The notes under the pieces were generated by a model. That model was not told where the DNA came from and did not search any database. It saw nothing but the letters and a program-made list of their open reading frames with translations. Shown here piece after piece: positions 12,254 to 21,936 of a stretch of DNA of 64,000 nucleotides. Origin of the DNA: a virus (lineage: Duplodnaviria; Caudoviricetes). Location: positions 1-64,000 of IMG/VR virus record IMGVR_UViG_3300021426_000070, one strand, 5' to 3'. Numbering within the stretch: position 1 is the first letter of the stretch; every line of letters begins with the position of its first letter. A program made the translations under genes and the position numbers.

Positions 12254-12430
12254 ATTCCTCTCTGTCGTTTGGTGTGAAACTTATCTGCATGGTGACACAC
12301 AGCCACCCGCACAGAATCCTATCCCAACTGACATCAAAGAACGGCAATACATGGAACTCCCACATAGGGCAAAACGTTGTCAGATGGAAACTCAGAAACT
12401 TACCTATATACAAATCTGTCTTCATAATCT

Positions 12431-12760
12431 TTACCAATTTTCTACACCAAACGACTTCAAGGCTTCGTCAAGTTGGTGAACAGTGAACTTTCCAACATTT
12501 CTGCAGTTGCTGAAGTTTGTTCTGCCATATTTCACTAATGCGCCCACGGAAAGGATATTGTTTTCTCTGCACCTACTATTCACCATCTTTGGAATACTTG
12601 TCTTTGCAGCAATCTCCCAAATAGGAGTGGCTTCCAACAACCTCATCTTTTGGTCAACACCATTGACAACCCAATCGTAAAAAACCTTTGTGGTCTCTAC
12701 ATTCAAGCCGCTTGCTAATGCGACTTTTGCCAACTCTAATCTAATCTCTACGTCTGTCAT
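12431..12760 (-). CDS. Protein with RNA polymerase alpha-CTD-like domain
   Basis: NSRCRENNILSVGALV...CRNVGKFTVHQLDEALKSFG helix-hairpin-helix pattern. Confidence 0.6.
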   Translation of the reverse strand: MTDVEIRLELAKVALASGLNVETTKVFYDWVVNGVDQKMRLLEATPIWEIAAKTSIPKMVNSRCRENNILSVGALVKYGRTNFSNCRNVGKFTVHQLDEALKSFGVENW

Positions 12761-12762
12761 AA

Positions 12763-13233
12763 TCAACAAAATAAATCTTTATATAATGCATCATCAAAAA
12801 TCTCATCGTAATCGTGGTCATATTCAGAAAAACCAAATTGTGACATTTCACGGTTCAAATCCGCCAAATCTGCCAAACGCCTCGGTCTTTGCATCCTACG
12901 TTGAACATACTCGTCAATCCCAAATTCTTCAACATCTTTAGGTGAACAATATACATTGCCATCACTTGTTATGCTGAAAGGAGTTTCTTTCGTGATTAAC
13001 AGCCACGTGTCTTTGATATGGTTCTTCAGCTCTTCTTTTGGATAGACCGTTTCTGCGTCTGAATCAATAATAGCGATAGCCATAGCATCAAACAAAGCTT
13101 GCTCTTCATCGGTCAGCTTAAACCAACTCATATTAGATAAGCACCACATCACATAGCCGATATGGGTAAGGATAAGCTTTTTTATAGGCTCACCTTTATA
13201 CTTACCAAATGTTATCTTTCTGTCTTCAGTCAT
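12763..13233 (-). CDS. FGKYKG-motif (DUF3820/ExoX C-terminal-like) protein
   Basis: ITFGKYKGEPI...YVMW. Confidence 0.5.
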   Translation of the reverse strand: MTEDRKITFGKYKGEPIKKLILTHIGYVMWCLSNMSWFKLTDEEQALFDAMAIAIIDSDAETVYPKEELKNHIKDTWLLITKETPFSITSDGNVYCSPKDVEEFGIDEYVQRRMQRPRRLADLADLNREMSQFGFSEYDHDYDEIFDDALYKDLFC

Positions 13234-14287
13234 AATCAGCACCCCCTAAAAACCTCTTGTTTCTTCTCGCTACAAACCTTTACGGGATTGAGTATCTGCA
13301 CAAGCTCTTGTTTTGTGATATTCGCCCTCATTGACTCGTGGCGTAGGAAACGCTCGTAGTCTGCCCGTATCTCTTCATTACTAATCGTCTGTTTCATAAC
13401 AACCAATATAACTTAATGTTCGTCTGTGCATGGCACGCTCTTCTTGTGTCATATCATCAAAACGCTTACCATATATTATTTTCATAAAAAACTCTTTTCT
13501 ATCCATCAGTAACCTATATTATTCAAGCTACAATACAAGCATGGATTGAAATCGTCATCCTCTATGGGGTCGCCTTCTTCTCTCCAAAGCTCTGCCTCTC
13601 TTCGTAACCTACGGCAATTCTCACACAAACTCACCATCACCCAAAAATCTTTTTTGCTCTTCTGTTCATTTCTGCATAAGTCATCGAGATAGGATTATCA
13701 CCGAACAACGAGCCCATACGGAAATACTCATGCTTGCCGTAATGCGGCTTATTCAGCGTAATCTCGTTTCGCTTGAGGTTCTGCAGCACGCTACGGACAA
13801 CCAAGATAATAGACATATCCCTACTGACATCCATAATGCGCATTTTGTTTCTCACCTCGTTCTCAAAGATATGGTATTGGCATACTATATCAAAGTTACC
13901 CAACTTTTCTTTCACGCTATCGAACACACGTAACATCAGCATAGCAATCTCTTCTTCTGTTTTCGGACGATAGCCGTACTTCAGACCAAAGAGGTAGCTA
14001 AGGTCTTCAATCATCGTGTTACCCTTATGCTCTAACCAACCCTTAGAGTAGAGCACGATATCATTAAATTCGAAATTCTCAATCATTGCCACTGATACTT
14101 AATGCGTTATAATAATACTGAGCCTCATTGATGGTCATGGGCTTGTCGCTCTCAACCGTAAGGTTCTCACCCTCTCTCGTGAAGATATTGAAACTTGTGT
14201 ACCGCTTAGGGGGTGTAGGACGGGTAGTAGTAGGAACTACCCGCACTACATTCTTACGTCCCTTAGCAAGTCGCTTACAAAGATTAC

Positions 14288-15358
14288 TCATAGCATCATC
14301 AATTCTGTTGCCTTGAACACCTTCTGCTGCACACGACCCTGCATGATAGCATCAAACTTCGTCTCTTCACTGCGGAAATCAGCGTAATTCTGAAAGTACG
14401 AGGTCAATCCGTTGTAAACCCAAAGGGCTGTGCCACGCTCACCCATATCCTGACCCACACCGCTCTCGATGGCAAGGCGCATACCCTTCATGATGTTCTG
14501 TGTGCGAGTAGGAACGTCACTATGCCCGTTCGTCTCTGTATAGAGCTTGAAAGCCTCATCAGACATCACCACACTAGCAATGATGTTATCCAAGTCCTTC
14601 TCAGCCACCTTTACAAGCCGCATGTGCTCGAAACGCTCTTTGAGTGACTTAGTATATACGTCCATCAGATTTAACGCCTTACAAGCCATCAGAGCGTTTT
14701 CTTCGTTCGTGAGGTCAAGACGCTGTGTGACATGAGCTGAGTGGCGCAAAGAAAGACAACCGACATTGTTCTGCAACGCTGAGTTAAGAGTGTTGTTGCA
14801 GACCACACGGACGGGGGTACACATACACTTTACAGACCCCATGCCGTCATGTGAGGTGGTGAACACCATATAGAGCTCTACTCTGTCATCACCCTTATTG
14901 TCAAGAATGATATCCTCAGCGAACTTAGCTGTGACAAACACACGCTCACCATTACCAAGGACACCCGCACTCTCGATGACGGGAGCACCCGAGCCACCCG
15001 AGCAAAGGGTATCAATGAAAGAGAAAGCCTCGCTGTTCTGTACAACGCCGTAAGCATCGGTGACAACACCCAACGGCTTGTTCTCGTCCATACGCATTGT
15101 AGCCTTACGCCCCTTGATAAGAGCATCTAGGATAAGGTCTGAGCTTACAGACTGACTAGCCATAGCCTCTTGTAAGGCTGGTGTCAGTGCAAAAACGTCC
15201 TTTAACTCTACATTGTAGTCCGCATGAGAAGCCTCAAGAGCCTCTTTGACCGTCATTGGTCTGTCAAAAACTTGCCCAAGACCATGCCATGCACGTTCTT
15301 TACGACCATTCTCTGCAAAACTAGCAATCCCGTTCTTAATCTCGATGTTGTGTGACAT
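14288..15358 (-). CDS. DUF932 family phage/plasmid protein
   Basis: AWHGLG, YGVVQNSEAF, TSHDG, TPVRVVCNNTL, GTALWVYNG. Confidence 0.85.
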   Translation of the reverse strand: MSHNIEIKNGIASFAENGRKERAWHGLGQVFDRPMTVKEALEASHADYNVELKDVFALTPALQEAMASQSVSSDLILDALIKGRKATMRMDENKPLGVVTDAYGVVQNSEAFSFIDTLCSGGSGAPVIESAGVLGNGERVFVTAKFAEDIILDNKGDDRVELYMVFTTSHDGMGSVKCMCTPVRVVCNNTLNSALQNNVGCLSLRHSAHVTQRLDLTNEENALMACKALNLMDVYTKSLKERFEHMRLVKVAEKDLDNIIASVVMSDEAFKLYTETNGHSDVPTRTQNIMKGMRLAIESGVGQDMGERGTALWVYNGLTSYFQNYADFRSEETKFDAIMQGRVQQKVFKATELMML

Positions 15359-15370
15359 AATTCTGAAAGT

Positions 15371-16261
15371 TTAAATTGTTACGCTTAAAATATTGTTTAC
15401 GTTAATACCCCAACCTAAGCCCAATGAGTGCAAAAAATAATCCACTTCGTTGAGCGACTTCTTGCCAGCACCTCTGCAAGACAAGAACCTCAGCTTTGAC
15501 ATGCCGCAAAGGTCGCCGATTGTTTTGACATCCAAAGCGACAAGGGCTGTCATTGTACGTACAGAAAAACCGCAGTCACGAATATCCTTGTTCAGTAATA
15601 GGATAAGCTCGTTTCTATCCATCTTTGATATATTCTGCTCTTTTTCGTTGAGCAAGACATTCTTTTCGCTCTGCGAAGCGATACGCTTGTAGGTCTCAAG
15701 ATTGGTCTTCAAAATCTTAATCTCGTCCTCGTATCGCTTAATGCTGTCAATCTTGTCCTTGATGTTGTTGACATGACGGCTCTTGCGGATAGCTACCTCA
15801 GCAATCTGTCTGATACGCTCTCTTGTCATGCCGTAATTAGCGGCAATTTCACTGAGGTCTTTGCCATTGACAACATCTATCAGCACGTTACCCTCTCGCT
15901 CTGTCAGCATCTCGTTTGCCTTCATCAGCTCGATAACGCTGACAAAGAATTGGCTACGAATACCATTGTTGACACTGAAAGCATATAGTCTGTTCATGTT
16001 ACGCTCATCATAGGCATAGTCGTTACAAGCCCGCTGTTCTTCTTTCAGCGCAATATACTTATCACGCTCTGCCTCTAACGCCCTACGAGCCTTTTCTACG
16101 TCCATCATGGGCTCTATGAGCTTTATGATAGTGTCCTTGTCAACATAGAAAGTACCGCTTATCTTTTGGTGTGGCAGCGACCCGTTGTCAATCCAATTAC
16201 GCAAGGTCTGTCTGCTGATACCCGTCAACTTCGATGCCTCTGATATAAGTATTAATTTCAT
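15371..16261 (-). CDS. Transcription regulator: MerR/excisionase-like HTH + sigma region-4-like HTH + alpha-CTD-like domain
   Basis: ISEASKLTGISRQTLRNW; LSEIAANYGMTRERIRQI; FSVRTMTAL...TIGDL...GAGKKSLNEV. Confidence 0.75.
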   Translation of the reverse strand: MKLILISEASKLTGISRQTLRNWIDNGSLPHQKISGTFYVDKDTIIKLIEPMMDVEKARRALEAERDKYIALKEEQRACNDYAYDERNMNRLYAFSVNNGIRSQFFVSVIELMKANEMLTEREGNVLIDVVNGKDLSEIAANYGMTRERIRQIAEVAIRKSRHVNNIKDKIDSIKRYEDEIKILKTNLETYKRIASQSEKNVLLNEKEQNISKMDRNELILLLNKDIRDCGFSVRTMTALVALDVKTIGDLCGMSKLRFLSCRGAGKKSLNEVDYFLHSLGLGWGINVNNILSVTI

Positions 16262-16683
16262 ATCTTTATACAGTTTTACGTGTGTCTCACGTTTTAAATC
16301 AAACCTAATCTTTCAGCCACATATTTATCTGTAGGCTCGTTCAAGTTACCTCTTACAGCGCAACCATCACCACAACCGCCATTAGCGATAAGGCTATCAA
16401 GCTCATTAAAAGCCATTAAAGACTCTCTTTCATTCAAGCCGCTCTTATACAGCTTCTCTGTGCCGTTCATCAAGCATTGGTAAATAAAATAAGTCTTTGT
16501 CATAACTCTTGCGCCTATTTTCTAACGTGTGGCTCTCACGCTCTAATCGAACTTTGATGATGCAAAGATACAACAAATATTTTTATCTTGCAAATTTTTC
16601 AGCAACTTTGTTACTAAATTTAACATTTTTACATTTGTCTATTGTTTTATTAACGTTTAGCTGTGTGGTAATCGTATTTTATA

Positions 16684-17430
16684 TCAGAATCCTAACGTCA
16701 ATTGTGCTTGTTCTGCTTGTACCCTCTTTACGGCTTTCTTATAATAGTCCTCTGACTTCTCAAAGCCTATGAAATGCCGCTTAGTATGGTGACAAGCTAC
16801 TGCAGTCGTACCACTACCAATAAATGGGTCAAGTACGACATCACCCTCCTTAGAGCTGAGTAGCAAGAACTCTTCCATAAGAGCCACGGGCTTTTGTGTG
16901 GGGTGTATCTTATCATCACCACTGACGGGCTTTATCTTCTTAACCCTATTATAAAACTCGTTCTGTTCCACTCTGTTGAGGGCAGTACCGTAATCATACA
17001 CACGCACGATATATTCAATGTTCTGACTAAATCGGTTCTTGTTGATGATACTAAGCGGTTTCTCCCATACGAGGATAGAGAACATATAGCCGTGTTTCTC
17101 AGCCCACAGACAATAATATGGCACTTGCGTTTCAGAACAGAACATATAGGCGTTCATTATCTTCATCTTCGGCTCTATCAGCGTAAGGAACTCATCAATA
17201 CACTTGTCATCAAAGTCGGACATGCCTTTCATCATAAAGCCGTCATTGCTATACAGCTCCGAGTTAGAGAAGACACTATCGGTATTGCATTGTGTACGCT
17301 CTTTGTAGGGCTTTCCGGTGGATTTGCAGAAATGATACGGAGGGTCTGTCAGCACAAGCGACACACTCTTATCCTCTATCATCTTCAACCCGTCTTTGTA
17401 GTCGCAATTATACACCTTATCCAACATCAT
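16684..17430 (-). CDS. DNA amino-methyltransferase (beta class)
   Basis: TDPPY; HPTQKP; DPFIGSGTT. Confidence 0.92.
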   Translation of the reverse strand: MMLDKVYNCDYKDGLKMIEDKSVSLVLTDPPYHFCKSTGKPYKERTQCNTDSVFSNSELYSNDGFMMKGMSDFDDKCIDEFLTLIEPKMKIMNAYMFCSETQVPYYCLWAEKHGYMFSILVWEKPLSIINKNRFSQNIEYIVRVYDYGTALNRVEQNEFYNRVKKIKPVSGDDKIHPTQKPVALMEEFLLLSSKEGDVVLDPFIGSGTTAVACHHTKRHFIGFEKSEDYYKKAVKRVQAEQAQLTLGF

Positions 17431-18197
17431 AAATCAAATAATGTTTTAGTCTGCTCCAAACCTTTCTTCGCTATATCGCAATACTCTGCCGATATCTCAA
17501 ATCCTATGTAATGCCTACGTAAAGCACGGGCTACAATCGCGGTTGTCCCAGAACCCATAAAAGGGTCAAGAACCAAATCTTTTTCATTTGACCAACTAAG
17601 AATGTGGCGTTTTACAAGTTCTATCGGAAAAACTGCGGGATGACCATTACGTCTTTGGTCAACCGATATATTCCAAACATTACTATCAACCTTTGTGTTG
17701 TTAATCTTAAAGTTACGATGTTCTTTGTGACCATTACCTCGCCTTGTCTCAATATCCGAATTAAAAACATATCCTGCTTTCTTACATTTTACTTTGATTG
17801 GATTAAATGTTTTTGCCGTACCCTTAACAAAAACAAACATATATTCAAATGATTGTTTGTATCGCTTAGCAGGAAAAACGGGAGCTGGATTTGGTTTATT
17901 CCATATCATCGTATCTGATAGATTGAAGCCTATATCCATCATCTTTAGTGCTTGACGGAACGATGACCCTGATTCTGTACCATTCACTGTTTGGTCGCCT
18001 ATCACCCATACGACAACACCACCTTGTTTAACCACACGGAATAACTCACGAGCTATATTCTCGAAATCAAAAGAATAGCCGTTATAAGTACGCAGATTAT
18101 CGTATGGCGGTGACGTTACCACCAAATCTACGCTATTTTCTTTCATTTGTCTCAACCCGTCAAGACAATCCATATTATATATCTTATCCAAGTCCAT
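17427..18197 (-). CDS. DNA amino-methyltransferase (beta class, SPPY, likely m4C or m6A)
   Basis: TSPPY; HPAVFP; DPFMGSGTT. Confidence 0.92.
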   Translation of the reverse strand: MDLDKIYNMDCLDGLRQMKENSVDLVVTSPPYDNLRTYNGYSFDFENIARELFRVVKQGGVVVWVIGDQTVNGTESGSSFRQALKMMDIGFNLSDTMIWNKPNPAPVFPAKRYKQSFEYMFVFVKGTAKTFNPIKVKCKKAGYVFNSDIETRRGNGHKEHRNFKINNTKVDSNVWNISVDQRRNGHPAVFPIELVKRHILSWSNEKDLVLDPFMGSGTTAIVARALRRHYIGFEISAEYCDIAKKGLEQTKTLFDL

Positions 18198-18200
18198 AAC

Positions 18201-18689
18201 TTAGTCGTTAAGCTTAACATACTTTCCTTCAATATCGCAGTTTCTCAGTCGTTTGTCGCACTCTTCACCAAAGGCTACTAGGACACTTCCAAACATGGGA
18301 GACTTACGGTTGCCATCAGCATCGATAAACTTTACTCTATGGCGCATAAAAAGCATACTCTTTGCACGAGGAAAAATTATCTCATGGAACAGAAGATTAT
18401 CCGTCCTATTTACCAACAAGGCTATACCTTTATGTCTAGAAAGTTTTTCCACGAACTGCCTTAACAGAGGATTAGAGTAAGGTGGATTAAGCCATACGAC
18501 ACCTTCCCATGGTTTATTCAACCCATCATCGTCCTTAGTCCAACAGATAGGTGCTGTCTGAAAAGGTCTAACGTCAGTTGGTACAGCGCAAGGGTCACAA
18601 TCAAAACGACCTAGCTTCGTCAACAATTCTTTTGGAGTGTACCACTCATCAGAAGAAACGCTCTTGTTTTTCTGTGTTCTCTTATCCAT
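18201..18689 (-). CDS. Phage Dam-like N6-adenine methyltransferase
   Basis: DEWYTP, FDCDPC, DGL..PW, WLNPPYS. Confidence 0.85.
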   Translation of the reverse strand: MDKRTQKNKSVSSDEWYTPKELLTKLGRFDCDPCAVPTDVRPFQTAPICWTKDDDGLNKPWEGVVWLNPPYSNPLLRQFVEKLSRHKGIALLVNRTDNLLFHEIIFPRAKSMLFMRHRVKFIDADGNRKSPMFGSVLVAFGEECDKRLRNCDIEGKYVKLND

Positions 18690-18855
18690 ATTCGCTATTA
18701 AACACAAAGACCCCCCGAAATCAGTCACTTGTGGTTGGCAGCTTTGTGTGACCTCATTCGGGGAGTCCCGTTATGCCTATCAAGTTTACTTTTACTGCCA
18801 AACGATTGCAAAGGTAAGCATTTTATTTGTACCATGCAAGTTTTTTGGCATTTAT

Positions 18856-19143
18856 TTATTTTGTTTTATCTTTTTTTGCAAATGGGTTTTTCCTATTGTT
18901 CCGTCTAAAGAACTCAGCCTCATCAACCTCTTCCCATACCTCGCCATAAGCCACATGCTGCTTGTCACGTGCCATCAGCAACAGATAGCGGTAAGGTATC
19001 TCGTTCACAACTTCGGCATACGATAGGTGCAAGTTCTCCATAAAGGTAGCGACTTGTCCTAAAAGCGTCTCGTTGCCTATGACTTCTGATTTGCTATCAG
19101 CTTTCTGACGCTCTTGCTTAAAGCGGATAGCCTCTGAAAATCC
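18856..19143 (-). CDS. Tail assembly chaperone, frameshift extension (gpT-like)
   Basis: The -1 frame relative to 19077-19457 is open from GGATTTT (19137-19143) through MENLHLSYAEVVNEIPY. Confidence 0.6.
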   Translation of the reverse strand, partial: GFSEAIRFKQERQKADSKSEVIGNETLLGQVATFMENLHLSYAEVVNEIPYRYLLLMARDKQHVAYGEVWEEVDEAEFFRRNNRKNPFAKKDKTK

Positions 19144-19457
19144 TTGATGTCAAGTAATGATATAGCCTTTGACAGACCTTCTATAATCTCACCCATAGTA
19201 CCTTTCGACAACTCTTCCGCCAAAGTGTCATCGTCAACGATAAACCATGATAACGCTTCGGCTGCTTTGTTCATGTCCTTCATCATCGAGAACATATCCG
19301 CAAACGACTCTCCGTCAAAGGACGAAAGACAAAGCCCCGCTGCCGCTATCTTGTGGATTGTCGGCGGCTTGATATAATAGGGCTTGCCATTTACGACAAC
19401 CGTATTATTCTCAGCCCCAAGGATAGCCTTACTAACTAAATCTGCTCCGTTTTCCAT
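19077..19457 (-). CDS. Tail assembly chaperone (gpG-like)
   Basis: Position after the tail tube gene; slippery heptamer near the 3' end. Confidence 0.65.
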   Translation of the reverse strand: MENGADLVSKAILGAENNTVVVNGKPYYIKPPTIHKIAAAGLCLSSFDGESFADMFSMMKDMNKAAEALSWFIVDDDTLAEELSKGTMGEIIEGLSKAISLLDIKDFQRLSALSKSVRKLIANQKS

Positions 19458-19473
19458 ATTACTTGATAAAAAA

Positions 19474-19498
19474 GAGAGGGAGGCTTACCTCCCCCTCG
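19474..19498 (-). terminator. Intrinsic terminator after tail tube gene
   Basis: GAGGGGGAGG-TAAG-CCTCCCTCTC followed by a T-run on the minus strand. Confidence 0.7.
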
Positions 19499-19516
19499 AT
19501 TAATATATAAAGAGGA

Positions 19517-20065
19517 TTATGCCTCTTCTGCGCCAAACATGTACTCAGCCTCAACACCATTTGTTTCTGTCTCCATACAAACGGCGGTGATACCAAGACC
19601 GATGTTCTTCTCTTGTTGGTCGCCCTTAGCAACGATAGAGGCGTTAGAGAAGACAATCCAGTTGCCAGTCTTTGTCTTAGCAACGACACACTTGTTGACA
19701 TTCTCAAGCGCACCGCTAGACTTCCAACCGACCTCATCGTTCTTGTCTGCACCTTCACCGCCTTTGGTGATTACCGCACCACCCTGCAATGCTGCCTTAT
19801 CCTCGAACTGATAGACACCAAGGGTAAATGTGATGGTACGAGCACCAAGGTTCTCCTTGTCACGATAGTAGGGCTGTCCCGTAAGCTCATTGATATACTC
19901 GGTAACGGATGGGTCGTCTTGCGAATAACCCCATGTTCCCTCGTGGACGTTCTTGACCTCTTTCATGCTCTGAACAAGCTGCGCCACTTCAGCAGCACTA
20001 GCAAGGTCAGAAGAAAGAACGTCTCCATACCACAACTGCTTAATTCCAATAAAAGGTTTTGCCAT
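19517..20065 (-). CDS. Major tail tube protein
   Basis: Synteny, size and beta-rich composition (NVHEGTWGYSQDDP). Confidence 0.7.
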   Translation of the reverse strand: MAKPFIGIKQLWYGDVLSSDLASAAEVAQLVQSMKEVKNVHEGTWGYSQDDPSVTEYINELTGQPYYRDKENLGARTITFTLGVYQFEDKAALQGGAVITKGGEGADKNDEVGWKSSGALENVNKCVVAKTKTGNWIVFSNASIVAKGDQQEKNIGLGITAVCMETETNGVEAEYMFGAEEA

Positions 20066-20092
20066 ATCTCTTCAATTTTTAATTGTTACACA

Positions 20093-20485
20093 CTATAAAG
20101 TATTAAGGGTTTCAAATAATATCTGAAAGTGGACGTAATGCGAGCCTAGCTGTTGGCTCTGCTCCCTAGAACGGCGGGAATAGGATATGTCGTAATGCTC
20201 TCCGTTGTATTCTCCCGCTAATCCGTCATGGAAAATGCGGTAAGCCTCACGTTCAATGTCATCAAGTCTGATGTCAGCTTCGCCCTCGATGTCGGGCAGA
20301 AAGAAATTGACTTCCACGAAACACTTGTCAAAGATACGACCCTCAGAGTCCTCTTTCGGTAGGATAGTGATACGCCCCTCTTGTGGGATGTTCGCAATGG
20401 GGATATGCCCCTTGACGTAGATAGGCATGTCAAAGCCCTCTATCATCTGCGAAACTATCACTGCCATATCTTCCGTAGTAATCAT
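20093..20485 (-). CDS. Tail terminator/completion protein
   Basis: Synteny in the head-tail block. Confidence 0.5.
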   Translation of the reverse strand: MITTEDMAVIVSQMIEGFDMPIYVKGHIPIANIPQEGRITILPKEDSEGRIFDKCFVEVNFFLPDIEGEADIRLDDIEREAYRIFHDGLAGEYNGEHYDISYSRRSREQSQQLGSHYVHFQILFETLNTL

Positions 20486-20760
20486 CCTAACTCTTCCATT
20501 ATCAGTTTAACACCGCTATCAATAACATTATACCCTTTAGACTCCACTTCACTAGCGTATTCAGCTCTGTTCCCTAGTATCAGCTCATCCTCGGTAGCCT
20601 CATGGTAGTTAGACCGCCTTAGATGATACGTGTGGTCTTTGTAGTCACCCTCAGCAACATTGGCATCCTCTGCTCGCTGTCCTAAGTCATCAAGATACTC
20701 TCTCACCTCTCGTCTTCCATCGGCAAAGAATTTCTCAATCTCTCTATCTAGGTCAGACAT
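20482..20760 (-). CDS. HK97 gp10-like neck protein
   Basis: YKDHTYHLRRS...AEYASEVESKG pattern; synteny. Confidence 0.55.
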   Translation of the reverse strand: MSDLDREIEKFFADGRREVREYLDDLGQRAEDANVAEGDYKDHTYHLRRSNYHEATEDELILGNRAEYASEVESKGYNVIDSGVKLIMEELG

Positions 20761-21073
20761 AGGACACCATGTAGTTTAGGTAGTTACACTTTGGAGAATT
20801 ACGAACCCTACCTTCACCACGCACCTTATCGGTAGCGGTTACACGGCATTGTATATAATCTCCTTCTTTGATATCAACACGCTCGCTGACAACTTTGTAC
20901 CTAGGGATATAGACACGCCCGTTCTCGTCCTCAAACTTTTCCGTTTGGTTATCATCACACCTACAAGGGCATACATACTGCCACTCTTCCGATGAAGATA
21001 TAATCCTATTCAAAGAATCACGTGTCTGCATCGTCACCTTCTTGTAAAGGGAATGTGGAGCATAGTACATCAT
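20753..21073 (-). CDS. Head closure/head-tail adaptor
   Basis: Synteny; CRCDDN motif. Confidence 0.5.
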   Translation of the reverse strand: MMYYAPHSLYKKVTMQTRDSLNRIISSSEEWQYVCPCRCDDNQTEKFEDENGRVYIPRYKVVSERVDIKEGDYIQCRVTATDKVRGEGRVRNSPKCNYLNYMVSYV

Positions 21074-21074
21074 A

Positions 21075-21401
21075 TTACCACTTGTTGGTTCTGTCAATAA
21101 TCACACTCATGCCTAGGGCGGCTAGAACGTTCGCATCGGGCTTAACGCCGTACTTAGCGCATAGGTAGCTGTAAAGCCAACCCATCTTTCCAATGTCCCA
21201 TGACACAGAAAATCCATTCTCGTTTACGCTCTTCATGAACGGGGAAAGAGCCATCTCAGCCAATAATGGTATCATAGCCTTCTCAGTAACCTCATAGTCA
21301 CTCAGTTCGGCATTAAGGTCAATGCCCTTCACTTTCAGCAAATCGCTCTCGGTAGGAGCGAAAGCACGCATTTGTTCAAGAATGTATTCTCTGTTTGTCA
21401 T
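21075..21401 (-). CDS. Head-tail connector
   Basis: Synteny; SVNENGFSVSW. Confidence 0.5.
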   Translation of the reverse strand: MTNREYILEQMRAFAPTESDLLKVKGIDLNAELSDYEVTEKAMIPLLAEMALSPFMKSVNENGFSVSWDIGKMGWLYSYLCAKYGVKPDANVLAALGMSVIIDRTNKW

Positions 21402-21402
21402 G

Positions 21403-21915
21403 TTACTTTGTACTTCTTCTGCCCCTCTTTGGTTTTTCAGCCTCCTCTACATCAGCAGCTTTCTCGCCTTCCTCTTTAACATCGGTAGGTGCATCCTCGG
21501 TAGGTGCTGTTTCGGCTGTCTGTGCAACTTCGGCTACTTTGTCACCCTCTTCCGCAGCCTCTTCCGCAACCTCTGTGGTTGGCTCGGGCTCTTCCGTTGG
21601 CTCGGGCTCTTTGGTTGGCTCATGCTCGGGCTCGGGTTCTTTTGTAGGCTCGGGCTCGGGTTCGGGCTCTGTGGTCGGTGTAGGCTCGGGAGTCAGCTTA
21701 ATAATAGGCGTAGGCTCAGGCTCGGGTGCTGCGGTTGGCTCATCCTCCTTGGGTGCTGTGATTGGCGATTTCTGAGGTTCAGAATATGCTACACCCAATT
21801 TTCGTGCAATGATATTCTTTGCACGGGCTTCGTCAAAATCCAACACCATACCCTCACGGAAGAGGGTATTGGTGTGGAATTTGTCGTAGAACTCAGATAT
21901 TACTTGTATCTTCAT
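21403..21915 (-). CDS. Post-capsid protein with Pro/Glu/Thr-rich linker
   Basis: (EP)n and TKEPEP repeats; GGCTCG-type DNA tandem repeats at about 21580-21725. Confidence 0.6.
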   Translation of the reverse strand: MKIQVISEFYDKFHTNTLFREGMVLDFDEARAKNIIARKLGVAYSEPQKSPITAPKEDEPTAAPEPEPTPIIKLTPEPTPTTEPEPEPEPTKEPEPEHEPTKEPEPTEEPEPTTEVAEEAAEEGDKVAEVAQTAETAPTEDAPTDVKEEGEKAADVEEAEKPKRGRRSTK

Positions 21916-21936
21916 ACTCTACTACCTTTTCAGTTT

